Assembly: GCA_023920165.1 (NCBI GenBank)
Contig: CP089274.1
Coordinates: 1,364,001 to 1,428,000 of the forward strand
Origin: Curvularia clavata
Taxonomy: Eukaryota
Length of the DNA: 64,000 nucleotides
Direction of reading: 5' to 3'
Numbering within the stretch: the first letter of the stretch is position 1; each line of letters begins with the position of its first letter. Of this stretch, positions 54,367 to 64,000 are shown piece by piece. A model generated the notes under the pieces. It was not told the origin of the DNA, searched no databases, and saw only the letters and a list, made by a program, of their open reading frames with translations. A program made the translations under genes and the position numbers.

Positions 54367-56213
54367 ACGTGGTTCACAAGCGAGCGGCTCACCCAACCGA
54401 GCGGCTCACGCCCCACCAGCGCGCCGACGTCGACACTACAACGCGTTATGTCTCAGCAACGCGATAATTAATCAACTTATCCTGAATTAGATCTTCAACT
54501 TGCTCTTTTTGATGTCTAATCGCAACGTGTTCAAAGCTAAAGACGTGCTGCCTCTATCTATAACGTGCCTCAAAGAACTTTGTCTTACTGACGCGCTGGA
54601 AGACGCTCTCGACGCGACTGCGAACCGAATTCAAAGCGCCTAAATAAGCTAGAAGAGGAGGCTATAGTTGAGCGTATTCTTGAAGAGTCTGCGCGAGGAT
54701 TTGCGCCTACAAAGGCTGACGTTCGAGCAATAGCTGATAAACTATTGCATGAGCGGGAGAGCAACCTTACTGGCAAGAACTGGGTTGATAACTTTGTCAA
54801 GCGAACTCCTGAGATCTGTACGCGCTGGAGCCGTCCCTATAATCACTAGCGAGCCGCCTGCGAGGACCTAGTAGCTATCTAACACTAGTTTGACTTAGTC
54901 TAGGCGATGAAGCAGAAGTGGGGTATTGTAGATGACGATATCTACAACTTTAACGAGACTGGCTTTATGATGGGCAAGATTTTATTATAGTTAGTTATTA
55001 CAGGCTTAGAAGAATATGGCAAAAAGAAGCGGGTATAGCCAGACAACCGTGAGTGGGTTACTGCGATCCAAGACGTGGGCGCGTTGGGTCGCTGGATACC
55101 ACCCTTCGTTGTCTTTGCGGGTAAGGTGCTTATTAACGTCTGGTTTGAAAATTTGCCTGCCGACTGGGTTTTTGAAGTTAGTCCTAATAGCTGGACGAAT
55201 AATCAGCTTGGTATTGCCTGGCTAGAGCACTTTGATACCCATATAAAGAGGCATACTGTGGGTGGGTATCGACTGCTGATTATCGACGGCTATGAGAGCC
55301 ACTGCTCCGTCGAATTTCAAGATCTTTGTAAGGAGAAGAATATCGTTCTTCTCTGCATGCCTGCGCACTCGTCTCACCTGTTGCAGCTTCTTGACGTCGC
55401 CTGTTTCTCGCCGTTGAAGCGCAAGTATGGCGACGCTGTTTTAGGCTTGGCACGCAACCGCACTAACTATATCAGTAAGGAGACCTTCCTGCCAGCCTTT
55501 AAGGCGGCTTTTGAGTAGTCTATTATGAAGGAGAATATCTAAGCTGGCTTTAGAGGCGCTGGTCTAGTCCTACACGATTTACAGGCTGTGCTATCAAAGC
55601 TTGATGTGGTGGTGCAGACACTATATCAATCACCGCGACGGGCAGCCGCCTGGGAGGCGCAGACACCACGCAACGCGCGCGAGGTTGAGGCTCAAATTGG
55701 TCTTATTTAATAGAGCGTGAGAAATCGCCGTAGGTCTTCTGCCAATTCACTTACCGAGCAGATCGCGCAGTTGAGTAAAGGGGCTCAGCAAATGGCACAT
55801 AAGATGGTGCTTCTGACAGAGAAAATTACTACTCTTCAAGCGGCTCTTGACGAGTCAAATAAGCGTAAGAGCCGCAAGCGGCGATACGTACGGACAGAAG
55901 AGACTCTTACTGTAGGCGAAGTACAAGAAGTGTTAGCTAAACAGGCGGGTAGCAGTCGTGGCGACGGTGAGAGTGCGTCGAAGAGGGTGCGAGGAGAGAG
56001 GCGGTGCGGGCGTTGCAAGCAGACTAGACACAACGCTCGTACCTGTGCAGTTGAGATAGATAGTGCAAGTGATAGCGGCGATTCTGATAATTAAATTGGT
56101 ATATCGTAATAGTTTATTGACTGTGATAAAAGACCGTAATAACGTGTCGACGTCGGCGCGCTGGTGGGGCGTGAGCCGCTCGGTTGGGTGAGCCGCTCGC
56201 TTGTGAACCACGT
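54367..56213 (+). mobile_element. Fot1/pogo-family (Tc1/mariner superfamily) DNA transposon, full length (1,847 bp), RIP-mutated
   Basis: Perfect 70-bp TIRs at 54367-54436 and 56144-56213 starting ACGT, flanked by TA target duplications at 54365-54366 and 56214-56215. Confidence 0.97.
54448..56094 (+). pseudogene. DDE transposase (HTH, CENP-B-like HTH, DDE_1, C-terminal CCHC knuckle) with about 14 in-frame stops
   Basis: One reading frame from ATG 54448 to TAA 56094. Motifs GKNWVDNF, YNF(N)ETGF, LLIIDG(Y)ESH, PAHSSHLLQ(L)LDV..FSPLK and CGRCKQTRHNARTC. Stops are nearly all TAA/TAG. Confidence 0.95.
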
Positions 56214-56629
56214 TATAGCAACTATAGCAACTTTTGAAAGTAGAGGCGTAAGTGCTAAGCCTATAGCAAAGCACAAATAACTTTAACAACTACAACTAGT
56301 TCTGAAGGTAGTGATTTACTAGAATGTAGGCATTCGTTTTCAGCTTCACCAGTCGTGGGCAAGACAGGGTGGAAAAGCACGTGAAGACGCGTTGTACTTG
56401 GTCCGAGCTTCTTGTATGATCGCGACCAACTCTTGTGTAAGTGAGTAGATCTACCTAACCGGTCAAACTTGCGACGACAACCAACCGAGCGACATGGTGG
56501 GAGAGCAATTGATCCCAAGGAGAAGTACCATACCCCACCCGGTAGCATAGATGCACATAGAGCCACCAACGCTAGATCGAACACACCAGTAAACAATTCC
56601 ATAGCGGGGTCTCCGCAACACCTCCCGCT

Positions 56630-59386
56630 ATGGATCACTCGACCCTAGTCTTCGCATCCGTCTTCCCCGTCCTCTCCTTCTCGCACAGTACGCCTACACC
56701 GATTGCGACACCAGATCTGGGTTCCACCGCGTCGGGAAGCTCATTTGGGAATCCCTATGCGCTTCGCAATACCGACGCACGAGGACAAGCACAAGGACAA
56801 CACCGGGCAATCAGGCGCAACACGGCATGGAGTTGCGCAACGAGATTCCTGAGCCTGCCGAAGGATGTGTCTATTGCCCCGCGAATGCCAAGGACAAGAG
56901 AGGTGGAAGAGGCATTGAATTACCTACTGGTTGGAGAGGGCAAGAGCGAGGACAGCATTGAAGAAAGCCTGGTAGAGTGGTATACGAACGAGTGCCGGTT
57001 GCACTTTGCGAACCACGTGAGGCCAGGGCTGGAGGACCTATGGCGAGAAGAGGTCGAGTTGTACCGTGCTTGGGATCTACTCGACGAAACACAGCGTATT
57101 CTGGAGCAGGTTCAGAACGTGTACCTTCAGCCCTTCACCGAGCACTTGCTCCAGGTTTTGCAGCAGAATGCAAGTAGTTCGACACTTCGACCCAACTCAC
57201 ACCCACAGTTGATTGATTCGGATTCCGCGAGTGCGGCAGACTGGAAGTTCAGAAGCGATATTCAGGCGGTCTTTGCGTACTGTCTGCCACGACAGCGGTA
57301 CTCAAAGACGCTGAGTTACGTCTTGTACGATGCGGGATGCAGGCTGTTTCGTATCTACAACCGACATGATGGCGTACAGCCGGGCAACACACCTCAGGAC
57401 ACACATGAGGTCAGGAAGCAAATGACAACTCTTCTGCAAGGGCTAGAGCGCATCGGGCTTGGTGGTGACAGCGCGCAAAAGGCCTTTGCTCATGCCATGA
57501 CCAAAGTGCTTGATTCCTTCATAGGAAGCCACTATCTCAAGGTTGACTGGTATTCCAAGAATACAGTGGTGCCGCAGTTGAAGATGTGGGTTCAGGATGG
57601 CTTTTGTCCGCTTATAGAGCTTGTGCTGGAGTGCCTGAGATGCGAACAGAGCAGCATCTTGCCTGATGAAGTATCTTCTTGGCAAGACATGGCGCTCGGC
57701 AGGCTGGGCAGAGCACGAGTGGACAACTTGTTCGATTTTGTCATCAACTGGGATAAGAGTAAGGGCGCCATCCTAGATATCAAAGAATATCTCAAGGTCT
57801 CCAATGCGAAGCAGCACCTTACGTCAAGCTTTTCACAGCAAATCTCCAGACGTCTATTGCACCCTGGAGCTACGACAACATACATTCTAAATGTGTACAT
57901 TTCTATCATTCGCTCTTTCCATGAGTTGGAGCCAAAAGGAGTGCTGCTCGAGCGAGTAGCGAGACCGATTCGGCGGTATCTGAAGGAGAGAGACAATACA
58001 GCGCGGATCATCATATTGAGTCTGCTTTCCGATGTCAAAGATGAAACGGGCAGTGCGTTCTCTTCCAATAACGAGCTTTCGTACGAGATTGCGAGCGAAA
58101 TGGCCAAGCCTTTCGCAAACCTTGGACAAGATGCTGACGAAGAGCTCAACTGGAATGATATGAACTGGCAGCCGTTGCCGCAAGATGCTTCTCCCGACTA
58201 CAAAAAGTCCAAAGTTGAAGATGTCATTTGGTTCTTGTTGACGCTCTGGGAGCGAGACGACTTCATTAACGAGCTTAAAAATATCTACGGAGAACACCTG
58301 CTTAAATGCCAGGATCCAGAGTATCAGAAGGAAATTAGGTTGTTGGAGCTTATCAAGATGCGGCTGGGAGATGACAAGCTTCAGGCATGTGAAGTCATGC
58401 TTCGCGACGTGCTTGAGTCTAGGCGTATCAACAGCACTATCCGCACAACTATCAATGTACCTGCTGCAAATCCACTGGTCACACCAGATCAACGTAGTAG
58501 ACAACCTCAAACACCAGACGGTCGACAGCCACGAACTCCACGGCCTCGTCGTCCAGCAAGGTCAAATAAGAACGTCACACCTTCTGGACCAACTAGCGTA
58601 CCACCTGCAGGTCCTACGCTCAATGCACAGATCCTATCGTCGTTCTTCTGGCCACAACTTCGCGACGATACGTTCCGTGTGCCAGCACAAATCGATGCAT
58701 TGCAGAAAGAGTACGAGTCGCGCTTCGAGCGCATCAAGGGCATGCGAAAACTGCGCTGGATGAATGCTCTCGGCACCAGTTCCATAACCCTTACCTTTGA
58801 CGACCGCACAGAAGACTTCGACAACCTCACTCCCTGGCAAGTCAGCGTCATCCACGCCTTCCAGCGGAAACCAGGGGAAGCCGACGAGGCCACCGCATCC
58901 TCTAAAGACGGTGAAGGTGCCACACGCAGCATTTCCCAACTCAAAGAGATCCTCGAAATGGACGAATCTCTCATTCACCAGGCCCTCAGCTTCTGGGTTG
59001 GGAAATCCGCCCTCCGCTTCCACCCACCCTCCACCTATGCCGTCGTCGAATCTCTCGTCAAATCCAACTCTGACACTAACACCCAAGATGACGTTGCTGC
59101 GGCAAAAGAACTCGCCACCATCCAAGCAGACGCTACGAACAATACTATCAAATCCCAGTCTGCCATGTTACAGGAAAAGAAACACATTTACACCGCTTTT
59201 ATATTGGGTATGCTGACGAATCAGGGGAATATGGATGCGGGACGTATTGGTATGATGATGAGAATGATGGTCCAAGGGGGGTTTCCGTACGGAAAGGAGG
59301 AATTGGAGGGGTTATTGGAGGAGTTGGAGGGACAGGGGAAGGTGGTCAAGGTTGGGAGTGGGGTTTGGGGGATTAGGAAGGGTTGA
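56630..59386 (+). CDS. APC2: Anaphase-promoting complex subunit 2 (cullin-like), single exon
   Basis: LFDFVINW..S, RRLLHPGA.T..IL..YI..IR, PIRRYL.ER, W.PLP.DA, LQACEVMLRD..S.RIN, ILSSFFWP, RKLRW and a C-terminal winged-helix GMLTN. Confidence 0.93.
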   Translation: MDHSTLVFASVFPVLSFSHSTPTPIATPDLGSTASGSSFGNPYALRNTDARGQAQGQHRAIRRNTAWSCATRFLSLPKDVSIAPRMPRTREVEEALNYLLVGEGKSEDSIEESLVEWYTNECRLHFANHVRPGLEDLWREEVELYRAWDLLDETQRILEQVQNVYLQPFTEHLLQVLQQNASSSTLRPNSHPQLIDSDSASAADWKFRSDIQAVFAYCLPRQRYSKTLSYVLYDAGCRLFRIYNRHDGVQPGNTPQDTHEVRKQMTTLLQGLERIGLGGDSAQKAFAHAMTKVLDSFIGSHYLKVDWYSKNTVVPQLKMWVQDGFCPLIELVLECLRCEQSSILPDEVSSWQDMALGRLGRARVDNLFDFVINWDKSKGAILDIKEYLKVSNAKQHLTSSFSQQISRRLLHPGATTTYILNVYISIIRSFHELEPKGVLLERVARPIRRYLKERDNTARIIILSLLSDVKDETGSAFSSNNELSYEIASEMAKPFANLGQDADEELNWNDMNWQPLPQDASPDYKKSKVEDVIWFLLTLWERDDFINELKNIYGEHLLKCQDPEYQKEIRLLELIKMRLGDDKLQACEVMLRDVLESRRINSTIRTTINVPAANPLVTPDQRSRQPQTPDGRQPRTPRPRRPARSNKNVTPSGPTSVPPAGPTLNAQILSSFFWPQLRDDTFRVPAQIDALQKEYESRFERIKGMRKLRWMNALGTSSITLTFDDRTEDFDNLTPWQVSVIHAFQRKPGEADEATASSKDGEGATRSISQLKEILEMDESLIHQALSFWVGKSALRFHPPSTYAVVESLVKSNSDTNTQDDVAAAKELATIQADATNNTIKSQSAMLQEKKHIYTAFILGMLTNQGNMDAGRIGMMMRMMVQGGFPYGKEELEGLLEELEGQGKVVKVGSGVWGIRKG

Positions 59387-60309
59387 GTATGTAGGTAGTG
59401 ATGATAATAGCCATGAACATGGCCTGAGGAAATGTATGTCTTTTGATTGGGGCTTTTTGTTTAATCGGTTGTGTTCTTCGTTAGTGTTATCAAGTCGATG
59501 GAGTGATTGGTGTGAGCGCCGGGTTCAGCTGCACGGGTACATGCACCCGTACATTGACTAGGTTCCGTGATATCTACCATATTCTGTCATAACTTGTGTC
59601 CACTTGAAGCCAGCCCTCTCGAATTCCATGCTGCTTTGTCCCCTGTTGTGATTCTTTCCCTGAGTTAGAGTATACACAATCAATTTTGGAGAATTACAAG
59701 TCTAATGATCAGAGATAGTAGTGTAGATAGAAAATGTTGAAGGATTGAGTAATCCCTGACACCTCTGACTCGAGATCTGAGCTTGGGTCACCAGGATCTG
59801 ACTAGGGGGTAATATGAGATCCAAGGATAAACAGAGCTCATAACTATCATAGCTTTGATTTTATGATCCGTCTCCCAACTCTAGGCTCGTTTTTATTACA
59901 GAAAAGACATGCTAGACTAGTGCTGTATGTTAGGACACAGCTGAGTAGTAAAAGCGGAACTGATTCAGGTACACCCGCATGCATAGACGTAAGACGGAGG
60001 CCTAAATTTTTCAGCTCTTTCGTGAATAACAAATCTCGCCAATCGCTATGAGGCTGCATTCCTTCTCTGCAGTCTTAGCTCAGCGCGCTTAAGCATAAGC
60101 AGGGCGTTTTATGATACTGCTGGACTTTTCCCACCCACTTATCAACCAATCGGTCGTCTCCATTTACCGATCATCTGCAGCTGGATGCCTAACTTGTAAC
60201 GCAAAAAACGCCAGCCGTAACATGTAGGGCTATAAATCCAAGCATCGCCCGTCATCCGCGCATGATCCTCAGTATTTTGAGATTTCCTTCGCAATCACTT
60301 ACTGAAATC

Positions 60310-61239
60310 ATGCGCGCTTCTTTACCCTTCACAGTTGTCTGGACCGTCTTTGCAATCCCCGTGGTCTCCGATTGCCGTCATCCAAATGGCAACATACAAA
60401 CAGACGCATATCATGCGCCATGTGCCGAAGTCCTAGGGAATCCACTTAACACCATGTGTTGCGCGATCGAACGCCCAAATCCACCGGGAGGTGTTTTCGA
60501 CAATGCTGGCTTGGCTGCAGATATATGTCTACCCAACGGACTCTGTAAACATACTTGGCGACAGTCTAACAACAGTGTGATGACCACGGACTACTGGCGG
60601 GAGGAATGCACAGTCGATGGATGGAAGAATGGAAGCTGCTTGACCGTCTGCTTGTCGAACAGCGTGAGTGGAAAATGATATCACTATCCGAAACCGCCAC
60701 CACATCTGACATTTGCTTAGGCTAGTAGTAACGTTCTAATGACACCCTGTGACGGTACTGATAACTCTACAAAGTGGTGTTGTGGCGACAATAAAGACTG
60801 TTGCGCGGGTGACATTGGTGTTGAGACACTTGCGCAGACATTCCTTGGAGCGGTCGTGACTTCGACATCCTCATCGGCATCAACTTCGTCACTATCCAGC
60901 ACGATAGCATCATCATCAACATCAACCTCGTCTCGCGAGACAGCATCTGCCAGCCCCGAAGATTCAGCGGGACTTTCGGCCGGTGCAATTGCAGGTATCG
61001 TGGTTGGAGCTGTATTTGGCGTAGCAATCATCGTTGCGGCATGGTTCTTTATTTCTCGGCGACGTCGAAATGCAGCTCCATCACTCAATGATACCCAGCC
61101 CCTCGACGAACATGGATCCTCCACCCCTCAAAAGACATACTATGCATATGAAGCCGACGCGTGTGAGCAGAAGGTTTCTGAATTACCGGGTTCGAACATG
61201 ACAGAAAGTCAGTCAGCTAGAGCCCATGAGTTGCAATAA
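60310..61239 (+). CDS. Single-pass cell-surface protein (Cys-rich ectodomain, Ser/Thr stalk, Mid2-like TM), 2 exons
   Basis: Signal peptide, CC..CLPNGLC..YWREECT..C...C, a Ser/Thr tract, TM GAIAGIVVGAVFGVAIIVAAWFFI followed by RRRR, and SELPG/HEL tail motifs. Intron 60664-60720. Confidence 0.8.
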
Positions 61240-61699
61240 AAGTCTGGTCCAAAAATTAGGGCTTGGGATGAGGGTCAATGTTGTTTCCGCTTTTAACAAT
61301 TAAAATCACGAAGTGGACTGGAGTGAGATTACTGTTTCACTTTGGTCTTCTAATTACCACATATTATCTATTACTTGTGTAAACAAGCGCAATAGAGGGT
61401 TATATCGCATTTCATTCGTGTTATGAAAGCAACCAAGTAATTGCTAATGATAAAGTTTGTCTATTCAGTCATTATTGTATAATAGAAAATAGGGTATGCA
61501 GGCGGGGTGGAGATTGTAGAGAATAGAGAGTGAGATGCTTGGCCGTGCTGCTGCAATAGAGTGATCGATGTGTGAGCCTGGCGCTGGTCCTAATATCGAC
61601 TTCTTATCTCAAGTGATTGGAACTTAAATCCAGCCACTGCAATTGTAGGTTAGAGGTAGCCATTTTCAAAAAAATTCCATTGCAGATTCTCGTACATAC

Positions 61700-64000
61700 T
61701 CATGTTCCCTCAAACTTTCGCCCGTTCTCACTGCGTAGAAACCAATTCCAGCCAGTTCGATGTTCGAGGAACTGGAGGCGACAGCGGTTTGCTCCGAGCA
61801 ATTCAATCTGAAAACTCACTTTTGCCCACGGACTTGCTCCACGAAATTCCTGTGTAGCTCGTATGAGAACATCAAATACCTCTGCTCGTTTCAGAAACAA
61901 CTCCATTAGCATATATTGTTCGTCCAACCCACACCGTACGATGACATCGATATTTCTTATTGTAATCACTATCTCGATCCCATATTCGTCCAAAAGAATC
62001 TCGAGTATTTCCATGTCCAGATGTTTCCAGGTGGCCGCTATTACTGTTGATGCAATGGGTAAGTCTTTCATTCTCTTGTTAAGGAATAATCACATTAACG
62101 TGCGTTCCTCCCTATGTTTTAGGGCCTCAACCGTCCCTTCGGTAACTACGACGTCGTTTGTGTGTTTATTCAAAAGAGAGTTGACAATCTCAGCGGACTC
62201 GGTTGATCTTCTAGCGGCTGTCTCTATCATCCCTTACGTGACAGTCACAGTCCCTCCACTCTGGGTCAGAAGGAAATCGACCATGTCAATACTGCACCAC
62301 ATATCTGTCATGACATCTATCGTTATCTCTTTCGTAACCTTGACTTCTCCTCCACCTTCCTCCAGAAACTTTACCAGGTCAATGGTCCAGGAACAGTATT
62401 TCACGGCCTGTGCTATCATGTCCAGGGTAACGTTGACATTTGCTTTGCCGTGATTGAGAAGACCTTTCGCCGTATCGATGCTGTTGAGGTCACGCTTAAT
62501 GACCTTCGATATTATCCTTTGCGTGACTTCAGGCTCTGTTGTACGTTGTTGAAGAAGAGCTATCCAATTGAAGTAAAGAGACGGGTTTCTTACCGCCCTT
62601 GTCACCGTCTCCTCGATAACTGGGACGTCTTTCCATGAATGAAGAATCTCTTCTGTTCCCTCATATGAACATTTGGTTATGGCTGTCATCAAGAAATCTT
62701 TTCTGCTCTCCGCATCTGTCGTCCAATGCTCGGCGAGGACCTTTGCCACGTCTACACTGCACCCTTCTCCAGCAAATTCTACCACCATTTGTGTAGCGAA
62801 CGTAACCCCGAACTCCTTTTGCTTAACAAAATGAGAGATGACACCGCAACTTCGATTTTTCGCCGCAACACTAAAAAAAATGTTCTCTCCCTTGGGATTG
62901 GCGTCGGGTCTAGACAGGGCTTCGCGAACCAGCAGCTCTCTCCCTGGCTCTTCCAGATGGTAAACGAGAATGACAAAAGATCTTATAGCAGATGGAAAAT
63001 GATCATCCGGTATGCATGACTCGAGTCGCTGCGATACGTACAGATCCATAGCACAGCATAGATCTCTGGTTTTGATTTCATCGAAAGTACCCGCTAGTCG
63101 TTGGAGGGTAAGAGGTAAAGCATAAAAAGCTTACAGCATCTAAGAATCCCATCAATTCGATCGCTCCAGAGAGTGATGGTAGATTTCGGCCGTCGGCTTT
63201 GGTTATTAAAGGCGTCAGATCGCTGGTCTTTCTCATCTGAGAACAAGGTAGGCCAATAGTCATTCTCTTTTATAAAGAGATATTCTAAAGCCGCTTGCAA
63301 TGGACCTGATCTTCTCATGTCTCCAGCTAGTCTGCAGTGCTGAGCCCAGAAGAGGCCTGCATAGCCTTTAAGCCCCAAAATCACAGGGCTTTCAATCTTG
63401 GTTATCCAACTGAGCACACAGAAGAGTTTGTGTATTGCTGGGCATGGGTTCGTACATAGTAGGTTCAGAGGCATGTTTCCGCTAGGAGGCTGTTTAACGA
63501 TGGCACATTAAATTCAGGTCTTCCTTCTAGGAATTTCCGTACAGACAAATGTGCAAAGCGAAAAGTATGAAGCTGTGAGTCGCAGACGATGAGTTTATTG
63601 CAAATATCCAGTATTTGTTCTTGTGATACTGAAACTCTTTAGTTTTCGTTAGGGATCAATGTGACTGCGGTTAGAAACTCCTCGAGTTCAAGCTTCGTCT
63701 GAGCCGACAGCAACCAGTGGAGGGAATTCTTGAAAATACTCGCTCGAAGCTCTCTCGGAGTGGCGGAAAGTATATTGTACAGCTCGTTGTACAATGTATG
63801 CAGATCAGGCGGAAGTCGACCAACAGCGTTCTTGATATCGTTGTTTAGAGTCAACAAGGAAAGATGTTGGAATGGCATACTAGCTTAACGGAATCTGGAG
63901 ACCGTATAAACATAGACGTGCTCAAATGGAAGTGGCTGCAACTACATTGCACGCGCACCTTTCACTGTTTCGGAAACAATCAGCTTCTTCAACTGGTCAG
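61700..64000 (-). pseudogene. 3' portion of a fungal NLR-like (NACHT-associated plus helical repeats) gene, disrupted; continues past the window end
   Basis: Post-NACHT motifs LPPDL..LY, L.WLL.AQ..L, LDICNKLI..D.....FRFAHLSVR.FL and YA..FW..HC, then 'VTEEvvkAA'-type repeats. Stops at 63639, about 63465, 62234 and 62090, plus frameshifts. Confidence 0.75.

Noticed and set aside
58800..59386. Abrupt C-rich to G-rich compositional switch at the APC2 3' end
   Set aside because: The frame stays open and encodes the expected C-terminal domain, so it is not evidence of an insertion.
41190..59386. Possible mating-type locus neighbourhood (APC subunit present)
   Set aside because: The MAT-linked subunit is typically APC5 with APN2/SLA2/COX13; this is APC2 and no HMG or alpha-box gene is present.

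Overview
Eukaryotic DNA from a filamentous ascomycete: short GT-AG introns with CTRAC branch points and RIP-type damage. A Dothideomycete/Pleosporales origin is an inference only. The backbone is intact conserved genes: PalB/Rim13 calpain, an Osh6/7-type oxysterol-binding protein, Mpv17/PMP22, Vps51, Rmi1, Rpl12, a Zn2Cys6 transcription factor, Asf1, Chs4/Skt5, Smc6, an F-box protein and Apc2. It also carries CAZymes (GH12, AA9-CBM1 LPMO, GH20 hexosaminidase, GT8 Gnt1-like). Between these lie damaged accessory genes: a HET-domain gene, an M35-like metalloprotease, two orphans, and the 3' part of an NLR-like gene at the window end. Their in-frame stops are mostly explicable by C>T/G>A transitions. 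A complete 1,847-bp Fot1/pogo DNA transposon with perfect 70-bp TIRs, a TA target duplication and a RIP-inactivated transposase sits between the F-box gene and APC2. I found no tRNA, rRNA or CRISPR, and I cannot demonstrate a clearly new system. The best leads are the shared RIP-like decay of apparently single-copy immunity/effector genes (including Trp-to-stop codons that A-to-I editing could in principle repair), G1/S promoter motifs at the genome-maintenance genes, an intronic hairpin in RPL12, and a splice-dependent CAAX box in CHS4. All family calls come from motif recognition by eye; no database search was run.
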